This document shows, one piece after another, positions 38,181 to 47,565 of a DNA stretch of 64,000 bases. The translations under genes were made by a program, and so were the position numbers. The notes beneath the pieces are model-generated. The model was not told the origin of the DNA and did not search any database. It saw only the letters and a program-made list of their open reading frames with translations. Origin of the DNA: a virus; IMG/VR virus record IMGVR_UViG_3300030380_006185, positions 32,001 to 96,000 of that record; one strand, given 5' to 3'. Position 1 is the stretch's first letter, and each line of letters opens with the position of its first letter.

Positions 38181-38393
38181 TTATTCATCCTCTTCCTGAG
38201 TTAACCAAGATTGGAAAGTTATATTATCTAATTCTAAAATTTCTAGAAGCATATCACCTATTTCATTCATTGTTTGTTCTTTTGTTCTAATTAATGATTG
38301 TTCTAAATGACCTGTAGAATTATAATCAACATATTCTTTATGGTCTTTAAGTGTTTCTGCGAAATATTTTAATCGTCGTTTTAATTCTTTCAT
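38181..38393 (-). CDS. Hypothetical protein
   Basis: ORF track. Confidence 0.55.
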   Translation of the reverse strand: MKELKRRLKYFAETLKDHKEYVDYNSTGHLEQSLIRTKEQTMNEIGDMLLEILELDNITFQSWLTQEEDE

Positions 38394-38596
38394 TTTTCAC
38401 ATTTTATTGAATCCTCTTTAGTAGGTTCTGAGTTTCTTAATCCACATTTGGTACATTCAACTGTACCATCTTTGTCTATTTGTTTATATGTGTGTTTCAT
38501 TGTTGTTTTGCTTTTAATATTGCTAAATATAATCCATAATCAAAATTGTCCCAATGTTCAATCCAGTCAATTACATTTGTTGCATTTCTTTTCATC

Positions 38597-38920
38597 TTAC
38601 CAACCTTTTTTATATTTTTCTAGAAATTCTTCTGTGTATAAATTACTAGCTCCGTTTCCTAAAACATCTTCCCACCAACGGATACCCATTTGTAAACGTG
38701 GTACTGCAAATTTACCTACATCATCATCTGCAATATAGAAAAATATATCATTTCTACCACCTGTTTCAGTACACTCTGGTGTGTCAGGTAATGTTTTTAC
38801 TTGTGTTTCAAATTTAACGGTAACATCCATTTGTTCTTTAAAGAAATTTTCTAATTCTTTAGCCCCGCCATCTGGCATGATTGTGCCTTGTAGTACACAT
38901 AATTGATTAAATTCACTCAT
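38597..38920 (-). CDS. Hypothetical protein
   Basis: ORF track; AAAAGTTATG start context. Confidence 0.6.
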   Translation of the reverse strand: MSEFNQLCVLQGTIMPDGGAKELENFFKEQMDVTVKFETQVKTLPDTPECTETGGRNDIFFYIADDDVGKFAVPRLQMGIRWWEDVLGNGASNLYTEEFLEKYKKGW

Positions 38921-39095
38921 AACTTTTATTTTAATAATTTTTGATGAAATCTAGTAAATCTTCTATAAACATTTCTCTCCCAGTTGGGCTTAGTTTTTTT
39001 AACTTATATTTGATTTTTATAAATACTTCTTTCATAACCTTTATTTTTATAATTGTAATATACAAAAAATATTTTATAACCTTTATTCCTAAATT

Positions 39096-39135
39096 AAAAA
39101 CCACCTAGGGCTCGTTTTGAGCCCCTTGGTGGAAA
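39096..39135 (-). terminator. Intrinsic terminator after the DUF932 gene
   Basis: CCACC..GGGCTC-loop-GAGCCC..GGTGG stem followed by a U-tract on the minus strand. Confidence 0.65.
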
Positions 39136-39143
39136 AGAATCGG

Positions 39144-39974
39144 TTATGAAGCGATTTCTTGTGGTACCAACTCATTTGCCATTGCAAATAATTTCTTGTT
39201 GATATCCATGTCTTGTTTAAAGTTTTTAACTTCTCGTGCTTTACGTGATCTAGCACCTGATAGGTATGAAAAATCACCTGTAATAATTTTTTCCTGTATT
39301 ACATTAAATACACTCCATAAATCATTACCTTTATCTTCATCACGAACTGGGTTGATTATTTCATCTAAATTAATTTTTGCTACTTTCAATTGATCCTCAG
39401 TGAATCGAGTTGTAAGTGATTTTTGAGCTAATTCTTTCATTTGCTTTTTATCTAACTCAATTGCTTTCATTTTATTCATTGAATCAACTGTTAGTGGTAA
39501 TTGCTCTACCATTTCTTTAATTTGCACTTGCAAATCCTCAAATGTATAACCCATGTGACGCATTTTAACATCATTGAATTTTTTATCAGCAATAACTAAT
39601 CCATTTGAACATACTAGTCGAAATAAACCAGCTGTAAATGTAAATGCATTTTTACCATCATGACTATTTGTCAATAGGATTTGTGGAAATACTGTATCTC
39701 CATCTGCACCATTAATAACAACATCAGGATTTCGAAACGTTAATAGGTGTTTCTGGAATCCCTTAGTGGTATTCTTACGTGCTTTAACTTGTTGGGCATC
39801 TACTACTCCCCAACCTAATTTGCTCATATCTTCTAGCACTTGTGCTGTTGGGATATGTGTGTAATGTTTTGAAACATTAGAGGCAGGCGTTTCAGTAAAC
39901 ACTGCTGGTGCTATCTCTCTAATTTCATCATTACTTAAAAACTTTAACTCTTTTGAATTTTGATCTGTAAACAT
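39144..39974 (-). CDS. DUF932/DUF945-family protein
   Basis: SKHYTHIPT, FQKH, LLTNSHDG, AGLFRLVCSNGL, DLWSVFNVIQE. Confidence 0.85.
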   Translation of the reverse strand: MFTDQNSKELKFLSNDEIREIAPAVFTETPASNVSKHYTHIPTAQVLEDMSKLGWGVVDAQQVKARKNTTKGFQKHLLTFRNPDVVINGADGDTVFPQILLTNSHDGKNAFTFTAGLFRLVCSNGLVIADKKFNDVKMRHMGYTFEDLQVQIKEMVEQLPLTVDSMNKMKAIELDKKQMKELAQKSLTTRFTEDQLKVAKINLDEIINPVRDEDKGNDLWSVFNVIQEKIITGDFSYLSGARSRKAREVKNFKQDMDINKKLFAMANELVPQEIAS

Positions 39975-40148
39975 AACTTTTATTTTATTTTTTTTTAAAT
40001 TTATACTGTATTATACGAAAAATCTCCTGTAAAGCCAATTCCTCTTGTACAGGAGAAACTATATTTAACCTTCTCTCCCACAATCAGGGCATATTTCATC
40101 TCCATATAACTCTGTTTCGTGGCAATTTTTACATTCATTCATAACTTA

Positions 40149-40376
40149 TTATTTTATTGCAACTGTTCTCCAATATTTAGCATTTGGGTCTGTGTTTTCA
40201 ACTTCTCTCTTAACATCACCTATTGTGTGAACACCTTGTGCTGTGTTATCTAATGGAATTACTGGTGTATCATCTGGTAGTAAGTGGGCTAGAGCGTTTA
40301 TAAATCTCATCCCATTGCTTCGAAATGCTACTTCAACATAATCATCTTTTACTTTTACTCCGAATGTTGTACTCAT
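40149..40376 (-). CDS. Hypothetical protein
   Basis: ORF track. Confidence 0.55.
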   Translation of the reverse strand: MSTTFGVKVKDDYVEVAFRSNGMRFINALAHLLPDDTPVIPLDNTAQGVHTIGDVKREVENTDPNAKYWRTVAIK

Positions 40377-40382
40377 AATTTA

Positions 40383-40919
40383 TTATTTTAATTTTCTAGC
40401 TTCTCTTATTGCTCCTTCTAAATAGTGAAAAACCCCACCTTGATGAAGTTCAGCATGATATTCATCATATAACCCATCTATTTTTTCTATAAACTCCTCA
40501 ATTCGTTTTGGTTTATTTAGTTGAAATTGGTTTCTTTTTTCCTCTTCACTTTTTTCATTATAAAATGTAATATGAAAACAATATGAAAAACTTTCATTGT
40601 AATCATTATTATTAGCCATTTCTTGAAGTTTTGCTACTGTAATATTTTCATAGAATTCTTTTCCTCTACCTACAACCTCACTTCGTAAATCCCCCCAACT
40701 ATCTTCACTAACATCTATACCTGGGTTTCCTAGCCAGTCATCATGGAATCGTTGACCTAATTCATTTACTTTGCTGCGAACAAACACATCAAGTTGTTTT
40801 ATTTCTGAGGGGGTGAAATTATCTATTAATTGTTGTTCAATTCTTCTATAATTACCATCTCTAGACCATTCTAGCTCTTTAATTTGTTGCCAATACTTAT
40901 CTTCTAACCATCTTCTCAT
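40383..40919 (-). CDS. DUF4240-like protein
   Basis: YWQQI...SEDSWGDLRSEVVGRGKEFYE...ESFSY. Confidence 0.5.
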   Translation of the reverse strand: MRRWLEDKYWQQIKELEWSRDGNYRRIEQQLIDNFTPSEIKQLDVFVRSKVNELGQRFHDDWLGNPGIDVSEDSWGDLRSEVVGRGKEFYENITVAKLQEMANNNDYNESFSYCFHITFYNEKSEEEKRNQFQLNKPKRIEEFIEKIDGLYDEYHAELHQGGVFHYLEGAIREARKLK

Positions 40920-40968
40920 AATTCTTATTTTTTTATAATTGTAATATACAAAAACCTTATTTAAAATT

Positions 40969-41229
40969 CTATTCCTCTAATGGAGTCATTGTAACAGCCA
41001 AATGAGTAGGTAAATAAAATACTTCACCAGCACACATATTATATTTAGGCCATTTATCATATTCTAGTATTTCATAATATGCTTTGTCACCTTCATAATA
41101 TAATAATCTAGCTTTTGTAGTTGGGGAAATATTTGTTGAAAATTTCCTTCCTATAACATTATCTAGTTTATCAATTACTACTTCTCTAGGTGTTATTCCT
41201 CTTCTTTGATCTGGGTAGCAATTACTCAT
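40969..41229 (-). CDS. Hypothetical protein
   Basis: ORF track. Confidence 0.55.
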   Translation of the reverse strand: MSNCYPDQRRGITPREVVIDKLDNVIGRKFSTNISPTTKARLLYYEGDKAYYEILEYDKWPKYNMCAGEVFYLPTHLAVTMTPLEE

Positions 41230-41450
41230 CTTTCTAGTATTACAAATGAACCAAAATGATCATCAAACACTTCTAGTAGATTTTCATAATCTCCTGATGT
41301 CATTAATTCTAGGAGTTGATCTTGATCTTCTTTTGAATATCCTAACTGTCTAGCAAATCGTCTTGCATAACCCATTAATACAAATGCATTACCATCTGGA
41401 CCAGTTAGGTCAATTATTACTTTTCTTTGTGGTTGTTTTTTTCTTATCAT
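41226..41450 (-). CDS. Conserved phage hypothetical protein
   Basis: IDLTGPDGNAFVLMG...MTSGDYENLL. Confidence 0.65.
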   Translation of the reverse strand: MIRKKQPQRKVIIDLTGPDGNAFVLMGYARRFARQLGYSKEDQDQLLELMTSGDYENLLEVFDDHFGSFVILER

Positions 41451-41542
41451 TTTTTTCTTCTTTTTCTTATATATTTAATGACCCATCCAGTTAACATGAA
41501 TGTAGCAAATACCCAACTTATTACTAATAATGTAGTCATTTT

Positions 41543-41740
41543 TTATTTTAATTTAAATATTAACTTTGATGTTGGATAGTACATAACATCCCCAATCTTT
41601 AAATTGGATTTAAAGGGTACATCACCTAATCGTGTAATTACTACCTCTATACCATCATCAAAAACATCTTTCACAATACCTATCTTTTCCTGAGAATCAC
41701 CAGGGAATAATTCAATAGTTTTACCAATATACTTTTTCAT
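41543..41740 (-). CDS. Small SH3/Sm-like hypothetical protein
   Basis: ORF track; beta-strand pattern. Confidence 0.5.
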   Translation of the reverse strand: MKKYIGKTIELFPGDSQEKIGIVKDVFDDGIEVVITRLGDVPFKSNLKIGDVMYYPTSKLIFKLK

Positions 41741-41965
41741 AACTTATTTTTTTATTTTTTTTAATTTAAAATTGTATGGATTTGTAACTCATTTAATTTA
41801 CTAATAAAGTTAGGTTTTGATGTATGCCACCTTTTACCATGTATACTAATAGCATATTGTTTAATTTGTATCTTTTCATGCATTGATAACTGGTTATACT
41901 TTTTCATAACTTATTTTTTTATAATTATAATATACAAAAACTTTATTTAAAATTCTATTCCTTAA

Positions 41966-42316
41966 TTAAAGATTTTCTGAATAAAATGCTTTATGTGCTG
42001 CTTCTTCTAGATCAAAATCATCATCTTCATATGATTCCCAATCATCAATTATTTCTTCTTCAACATCATCCTCATCTTTATATTCAGGTAATAATCCTAT
42101 TTTTTCTACAACCCACCATACTCTATCTTTGTACATATTAATAGATGTTCCATCTATATCAGTTATACCTTTATCTGTTAATTGAGCTAGATGTGCTATT
42201 AAATCACAGGTTAAATGGTCTAGTTCTTCTAAATCGTAATTATCTTCTTTTGATTTGGTTTTGATTGTTAACCACTTTTTTTCTATAATATTTTTTTCTT
42301 TTTTAGCCATTTTCAC
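41966..42316 (-). CDS. Acidic-tailed hypothetical protein
   Basis: ORF track. Confidence 0.55.
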   Translation of the reverse strand: MKMAKKEKNIIEKKWLTIKTKSKEDNYDLEELDHLTCDLIAHLAQLTDKGITDIDGTSINMYKDRVWWVVEKIGLLPEYKDEDDVEEEIIDDWESYEDDDFDLEEAAHKAFYSENL

Positions 42317-42512
42317 TATATTTTTTTAAATAATCTCTAATTTCTGCTGCTAGTTCATATTCTTCATCACTTACAGCATGTTCTTCCATATCTTTTAAGA
42401 GTAAATCCCAATTCCCCCCGAACTCTATCTTTAATAAACGATTTATTAAATGTTTTGATTCGAGGGATAGGTTACTTGCCTCTATAATTGGGTCTAATTT
42501 CATATTATTCAC
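42303..42512 (-). CDS. UVR (UvrB/C-motif) small protein
   Basis: MEEHAVSDEEYELAAEIRD. Confidence 0.7.
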   Translation of the reverse strand: MNNMKLDPIIEASNLSLESKHLINRLLKIEFGGNWDLLLKDMEEHAVSDEEYELAAEIRDYLKKYSENG

Positions 42513-43326
42513 TTACAATTACTGAATATTCAATTTTATTGTTTGTTAGGAAGAAATTCATTCTATCCTCAGCTCTACCATTACGGTTTTTCTGAAATGA
42601 CATATAAGCACCACCACCATCACGATCAGATTCACGTCGCATTTCAAGCAATGCATCAGTCATGTGCTTTAATTTATTTGAACCTACAAACTCACCTGAT
42701 TTAGTAACTTGTTGAATTAATAGGAATGAAGTATATTTATCTTCCTTATTTTCACCTTTGTTATTTCTAACACAAGTTTCAACTAACCATCCTTCAGCGG
42801 TTTTTCTATCCCAACCATTGTCATCACGAACACCTTCAATCACTTCAGCAATTGAATCAATTAATACTAAATCATAACCACGATCTAATGATTGCTCAAT
42901 AACATCTTTCATATTAAAACTCATGAAATCAGATGTAAATAATGTATCAACTAATCCAAATTGAGGAAAACGTTTTGTATATTTAAACATTTGTTTTCTA
43001 CCCATTTCAGCAGAAATAAATAAACATTTTCTACCTTTATTTTGAACAGCAGCAACCAAATCTAACATAATTGATGTTTTACCTACACCTGGGTCACCTA
43101 TTGCCATTATGTTTGATGCACATGGTATACCACCTTCAAATGAAAATAGTTGATCTACATTACGTAAACCTGTTCTCATTGATTCTAACATTTTAGGATC
43201 AATATCTAATTTATTTAATTTTGTAATTTGGTCAAAATCAATTAATGATGGGACCGGGGTCAAATTTTGAACTTTTCTTGGACGACCTCTTTTACCTGTT
43301 TTAACAACTCTTTGTGTAACTTTCAT
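42505..43326 (-). CDS. RadA/Sms-like RecA-fold ATPase with N-terminal AT-hook
   Basis: KRGRPRK; GDPGVGKT; VLIDS; QVTKSGEFVGSNKLKHMTDA; KNRNG. Confidence 0.85.
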   Translation of the reverse strand: MKVTQRVVKTGKRGRPRKVQNLTPVPSLIDFDQITKLNKLDIDPKMLESMRTGLRNVDQLFSFEGGIPCASNIMAIGDPGVGKTSIMLDLVAAVQNKGRKCLFISAEMGRKQMFKYTKRFPQFGLVDTLFTSDFMSFNMKDVIEQSLDRGYDLVLIDSIAEVIEGVRDDNGWDRKTAEGWLVETCVRNNKGENKEDKYTSFLLIQQVTKSGEFVGSNKLKHMTDALLEMRRESDRDGGGAYMSFQKNRNGRAEDRMNFFLTNNKIEYSVIVSE

Positions 43327-43403
43327 AACTTATTTTATTTTTTTTAAATTTATACTATATTATACGAACTCTTATTTTAAAACTCTATTCCTTAATTAAA
43401 AAT

Positions 43404-43604
43404 TTATTTGTTTTCATAAAAATTTGGATGCTGTGGCCAAGTTGGGTTTTGTTTATGGTCATAATATATTCCAATAGCTAGAATTGTATTTAACCAAAAG
43501 AAAATAAAATATTTTCCAAAATGTCCTTTTATATACCATACTAAAAATACATACGCTAGATAAAATGTAAATAAGCCTCCTAACAATTCTCCTAATTTTT
43601 TCAT
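43404..43604 (-). CDS. Small membrane protein
   Basis: Two hydrophobic segments. Confidence 0.45.
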   Translation of the reverse strand: MKKLGELLGGLFTFYLAYVFLVWYIKGHFGKYFIFFWLNTILAIGIYYDHKQNPTWPQHPNFYENK

Positions 43605-43644
43605 ACCTCAAATATACAAAACTAATTTTTAAAACTCTATTCCT

Positions 43645-43854
43645 TTAAAGATAACTTTTTTCTAATTTAAATAAAGTCCCACGTTGGATCATTTCAACTT
43701 GACGTTGGTTTTCTAATGGTTTAGCATCATCAATATTATCGCTAAATGCAGGTAAACCATGTTTAAGACCACAAAAAACCTGGCAGTATTCATTTAATAC
43801 AATGAATTTTTTGACAGGTTTTTCAATTTCTTTTTTATTTAAAACTAATTTCAT
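43645..43854 (-). CDS. Hypothetical protein
   Basis: ORF track; own promoter. Confidence 0.55.
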   Translation of the reverse strand: MKLVLNKKEIEKPVKKFIVLNEYCQVFCGLKHGLPAFSDNIDDAKPLENQRQVEMIQRGTLFKLEKSYL

Positions 43855-43912
43855 TCTTTTTTATTTGAATGAAATATACAAAAATAAAATTTAAAAAAAT
43901 ATTCCTCTATTA

Positions 43913-44155
43913 TTAAAAGAAAAAATGTTTTAGCCAAGCTGTTAACCCATTTACATTAAGAATAACTAAATTCCACTGTTTTCGTACTGCAACTTGTACC
44001 AACACACAAATAAACCCCATAATATACAACGCAGGCTCAACAGTCCATTGAGCTGCAATTAAAAATCCTGTTCCCATATATCCTATTCTAGTAGCTAATC
44101 TTTCTGTTGGGGTTAATTTTCTATCTCTAACTAATGATTTAAACAGTTGTTTCAT
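43913..44155 (-). CDS. Small membrane protein
   Basis: Hydrophobic helices; KQWNLVILN. Confidence 0.55.
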   Translation of the reverse strand: MKQLFKSLVRDRKLTPTERLATRIGYMGTGFLIAAQWTVEPALYIMGFICVLVQVAVRKQWNLVILNVNGLTAWLKHFFF

Positions 44156-44157
44156 AT

Positions 44158-44367
44158 TTAGTTAGGAATTATTTCCGCATCTTTAATTGTTTCTACAAAT
44201 AAAAAATGAGAATCAGTTCGTAAAACATGATCAACTCCATATAGCCCATCTCTCCATATTTTAACATTCTCCATATTTAATACTCCTTCTTTATCTGTAA
44301 AGTGGGAAATTCTAATGTCTCTATGGACAAAATAACATTCACCACCATTTCTATAAAATTGTTTCAT
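44158..44367 (-). CDS. Hypothetical protein
   Basis: ORF track. Confidence 0.55.
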   Translation of the reverse strand: MKQFYRNGGECYFVHRDIRISHFTDKEGVLNMENVKIWRDGLYGVDHVLRTDSHFLFVETIKDAEIIPN

Positions 44368-44588
44368 TTAATATTATATTCTTTTTTGTATTGTTCAATA
44401 AACGATTTACCAATCCCTATTTCTATTATTTCATAATTACTTGGTAATAAAGGATTTCTTTTTCTAGAATTTATAACCTCATCCACTCCATTTTCTGTAA
44501 TTAACATCCAGTATTTTTTTCCTGTTGGTTTTTTATAAACAACAACTGTGGTAATTTTTTTTTCTTCTGGTCTTCCTTTACTCATCAT
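44364..44588 (-). CDS. Hypothetical protein
   Basis: ORF track. Confidence 0.55.
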   Translation of the reverse strand: MMSKGRPEEKKITTVVVYKKPTGKKYWMLITENGVDEVINSRKRNPLLPSNYEIIEIGIGKSFIEQYKKEYNIK

Positions 44589-44737
44589 CTAAGGTATTAG
44601 CCACTAATAACACTCCAAATAATACTATAAATACCATCGCTATACTCATTCCTTTTTCCAATTATCTAGTATTACTGCTGCTATTAATAATAGAATACTA
44701 AAAGTTACTACTGCATATTCTATTGGGCTCATATTTA

Positions 44738-45511
44738 TTATTTTATTAAATTTATATGTCCGTGTACTTGTAATGTTTCTCCTAGAACATTAGTGTATAT
44801 TACTCTATAAAAATAAACTCCAATTGGAGAATTATTTCCATCCCAACCTTCATTTATGTTGTTATTTTCAAATACTATTTCATTCCATCTATTGTATATT
44901 TTGAAATCAAATTTTTCAATCCCATTCCCTATAGGTTGTAATATATCATTAGACCCATCTCCATTGGGTGTAAAAGAATTTGGAATATATAACCCAATTT
45001 CACATTCAGGTCCGACTTCAATGTAACCATCATATAATAAATAGTGATATGAATTGCAAACACTATTTATGTTATCTCCCCTAGATGTTACAATAATTGA
45101 TAAATCTAATTCTTCACAACTATCTTTAACTTGAATTTCAAAGCAAAATGAACGAATACAATCCCCAAAAAAATCCCAATCCCCTATATCATCTGAGGGG
45201 TTATTATTACTAGGGCCAAATTCAAAATGCCACCCATTATTCACCCACACCCAATCTCCTTCTGTTGTAATACTACAGTTTTGGGGTGGGTTAAGTGGAG
45301 TTAAATTTTCCCATCCTTCTCCTAATTCTACTTCTAGACTTTCTAATTTACAAGTACTACCTCCTGTCCATCCTTCCATTTGGTAACAAGCTAGAACTTT
45401 CTCACCTTTAGGGTAACTAGTTTTATCAGGGTCTAGGTATGATGTTTCTATCCCTATTGGGGATTGATTATAACTAAAAAGAGGTAATAATAAAAAAATT
45501 AATTTATTCAT
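44738..45511 (-). CDS. Secreted protein with T9SS type-B (gliding-motility-associated, CHU_C) C-terminal domain
   Basis: Signal-peptide-like N-terminus ending in Q; YIPNSFTPNGDGSND...IYNRWNEIVF...GWDG...GVYFY...GHINLIK. Confidence 0.85.
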   Translation of the reverse strand: MNKLIFLLLPLFSYNQSPIGIETSYLDPDKTSYPKGEKVLACYQMEGWTGGSTCKLESLEVELGEGWENLTPLNPPQNCSITTEGDWVWVNNGWHFEFGPSNNNPSDDIGDWDFFGDCIRSFCFEIQVKDSCEELDLSIIVTSRGDNINSVCNSYHYLLYDGYIEVGPECEIGLYIPNSFTPNGDGSNDILQPIGNGIEKFDFKIYNRWNEIVFENNNINEGWDGNNSPIGVYFYRVIYTNVLGETLQVHGHINLIK

Positions 45512-45769
45512 CTTCTATTTTTCTTCCACCATCTATTTGCTATAAAACCTATAACTAGTAACATTATACCAAATACAACTACTACATATTCTATTCCATT
45601 CATAATATTCTATTTTTGTTTTTTCCTAAATTTTTAATTATTTTCCAAATTAGAATTTTTTTTATCAAGTTTTTTATCATGTTTTTTGTCTTCTACATAA
45701 GCTGAAGGAGATGGTAATCCACTATAATGGCAATGATCTTTAGCAGGATAGTACTCCAATGTTTTAAAG

Positions 45770-45967
45770 CTATATTTTAATTTTTCTTTTCTTTTTTTCA
45801 TATTTTTTTGGTGGGAATCTACCCCAATTACCATGACCATCATAATCTATACTGTCATCATCTTTTATTTTTTTATTTTTATTTTTTTCTTGTTTTTCAA
45901 AAAATCCATAAAAAAGTATGTAAGAAACAAATATTACAGAACCAACAAAAAATATTATAAATCCCAT
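45770..45967 (-). CDS. Single-TM small protein
   Basis: Hydrophobic N-terminus; DYDGHGNWGRF. Confidence 0.5.
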   Translation of the reverse strand: MGFIIFFVGSVIFVSYILFYGFFEKQEKNKNKKIKDDDSIDYDGHGNWGRFPPKKYEKKKRKIKI

Positions 45968-46201
45968 CTATCTTTTACTATATGGAAATTTCTTTCTCTT
46001 CTCTTCAATGCCATACCAAAATTTCTCCTGGGATTCTGTGTTATAGTTACCTGCACCCATTGATCCAAGTTTTTTAATTTGTCTTTTATATTTATTTTGT
46101 GCTTTTTCTTGGGATTTATGTGATCTATTAACCATTCTTAACAGAAAAAACATATATGTTACAAATATAAAGAAACCAATACTAAATATTAATATATTCA
46201 T
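45968..46201 (-). CDS. Single-TM small protein
   Basis: Hydrophobic N-terminus similar to the neighbouring gene (F.IG..IFV.Y). Confidence 0.5.
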   Translation of the reverse strand: MNILIFSIGFFIFVTYMFFLLRMVNRSHKSQEKAQNKYKRQIKKLGSMGAGNYNTESQEKFWYGIEEKRKKFPYSKR

Positions 46202-46430
46202 AACTTTACTTTTTTAATGTATTGAAAAAGGTTGCTAATCCCAAAATTGAAGGTACCCATATACCAACGAACATTCCTTCGTCTTTATAACCTCCAAACC
46301 ATAAACTAACTGAGAATAGGAAACTGATGAATGCTAGAAGTAAAGGATAATATTTTTCTAATTTTTTCATTTTTTAAAAATTTTTATTTATTAAAATATA
46401 TGAAAAAATCCTTAGATTTCCAAAGAAAAA

Positions 46431-47105
46431 TTAATCAGTAGCAAATAAATCTCTTACTGCTTGTTCATTCCCTTCTGTATCTTCTTGTCCAACTAATTTA
46501 AGAATACCATCAATTATTTCCTCTTTAGCTTCTGGGGTGGTTTCGTTTCTGTATTTTAGAAGAAATTTAGTAATTGCTTCTTCTTTAGGTCTAGAAAGTT
46601 TCATTTTATAATCAACTATATCTCTAAAACTCATAAAACTATAACCATCTACTACACTACTATTTGCTAGTATTTGATCTGTTGATCCAACACTTATACC
46701 TGGTGGGTTCCAAGCTTTAAATGCTTCTATTTCATTTGAAGGTCTGTAGATACCCTTTTTATAATTTGATTTGTGTTTTTCCCAAGTACCATTCTTTTGG
46801 AGATATTTTTTTAAATTAGCCCATTCTTGTTCTCCTGGAATTACTAGGTCTAAATCACCTGGTTCAATTAATTTAAATGCTTTTCTAATTGCAGGGTATA
46901 AATACAATCTACCTGATCCAGATACTAAATATTTTTTGTGATCATCTTTTGTAATACCAAATGGTTCAAATATAAGTTCATCTGCTTGTTTTAGAAGGGA
47001 AGATAATTTACCTGTTATGGCTTCATCAATTTGAAGTGACTCTTCTATTTCACCCCATACTTCATTTACTAAAACCTCTTTAAGATAAATCTCTAATAAT
47101 TTCAT
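46431..47105 (-). CDS. Pol-beta-superfamily nucleotidyltransferase-like protein
   Basis: YLVSGSG...GDLDLVI (G-S and DxD), K..L.RPKE; Glu-rich leader. Confidence 0.55.
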   Translation of the reverse strand: MKLLEIYLKEVLVNEVWGEIEESLQIDEAITGKLSSLLKQADELIFEPFGITKDDHKKYLVSGSGRLYLYPAIRKAFKLIEPGDLDLVIPGEQEWANLKKYLQKNGTWEKHKSNYKKGIYRPSNEIEAFKAWNPPGISVGSTDQILANSSVVDGYSFMSFRDIVDYKMKLSRPKEEAITKFLLKYRNETTPEAKEEIIDGILKLVGQEDTEGNEQAVRDLFATD

Positions 47106-47413
47106 TTTACTACTTTTTCTTTCACTTTTTTAATGATTTTTTCATCATAAAAACTTCTTAATTCTAAAGTTTTAAATGAAAAAAACATCCTTAGTGGACT
47201 TGGGCCTTTTAAATATAAAAAATTATAAGCTGACCACTCTGCTTTTTCCCAATAATTATCTTTAATAATTTCTAATAAAAGATCACCATTTTCATCAACA
47301 TGTTTCCAATCATAAATATGACATACTTTAGTAATACTTTTTAAAAATTTTCTAAATTTAATTGCTCTGATTAAAAATGATAATCCTATAAGTGATGTTC
47401 CTATTATATACAT
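47102..47413 (-). CDS. Membrane-anchored hypothetical protein
   Basis: ORF track; promoter copy upstream. Confidence 0.5.
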   Translation of the reverse strand: MYIIGTSLIGLSFLIRAIKFRKFLKSITKVCHIYDWKHVDENGDLLLEIIKDNYWEKAEWSAYNFLYLKGPSPLRMFFSFKTLELRSFYDEKIIKKVKEKVVK

Positions 47414-47488
47414 AACTTTTATTTTAAGGTAATATAAGAAAAAAAAGATAAAATCCCCATTCCTTTTTAAATTAATTTAATTAAAAAA

Positions 47489-47565
47489 TGGTGGAGGTAG
47501 AGGGAGTCGAACCCACGACCTCCTGCGTGCAAGGCAGGCGCTCTAGCCAGCTGAGCTATACCCCC
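47489..47565 (-). tRNA. trnA: tRNA-Ala(TGC), CCA encoded
   Basis: GGGGGTATAGCTCAGCTGG...CCTGC-CT-TGC-AC-GCAGG...TTCGA...TACCTCCACCA; G3:U70 pair. Confidence 0.95.

Larger units (their letters stand above)
26640..47463 (-). promoter_or_regulatory. Array of ~31 bipartite early promoters, GGAAT-N20-(T/C)GTATATTATAGTATAA
   Basis: First base of the upstream box at 26673, 27352, 27706, 28178, 28630, 28881, 29102, 29618, 29852, 30518, 31056, 31471, 31704, 32039, 33218, 33402, 33756, 35192, 35765, 36513, 36966, 37385, 38196, 39089, 40042, 40975, 41961, 43391, 43643, 43905, 47463. Each is exactly 26 nt from the G position of GTATA, and most sit just upstream of a start codon. Confidence 0.85.

Noticed and set aside
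26640-43905. Repeated ~35-nt units as a CRISPR array or integron attC sites
   Set aside because: Repeats are degenerate, separated by whole genes of variable length and sit just upstream of starts; no cas operon or integrase is present. They fit promoters.
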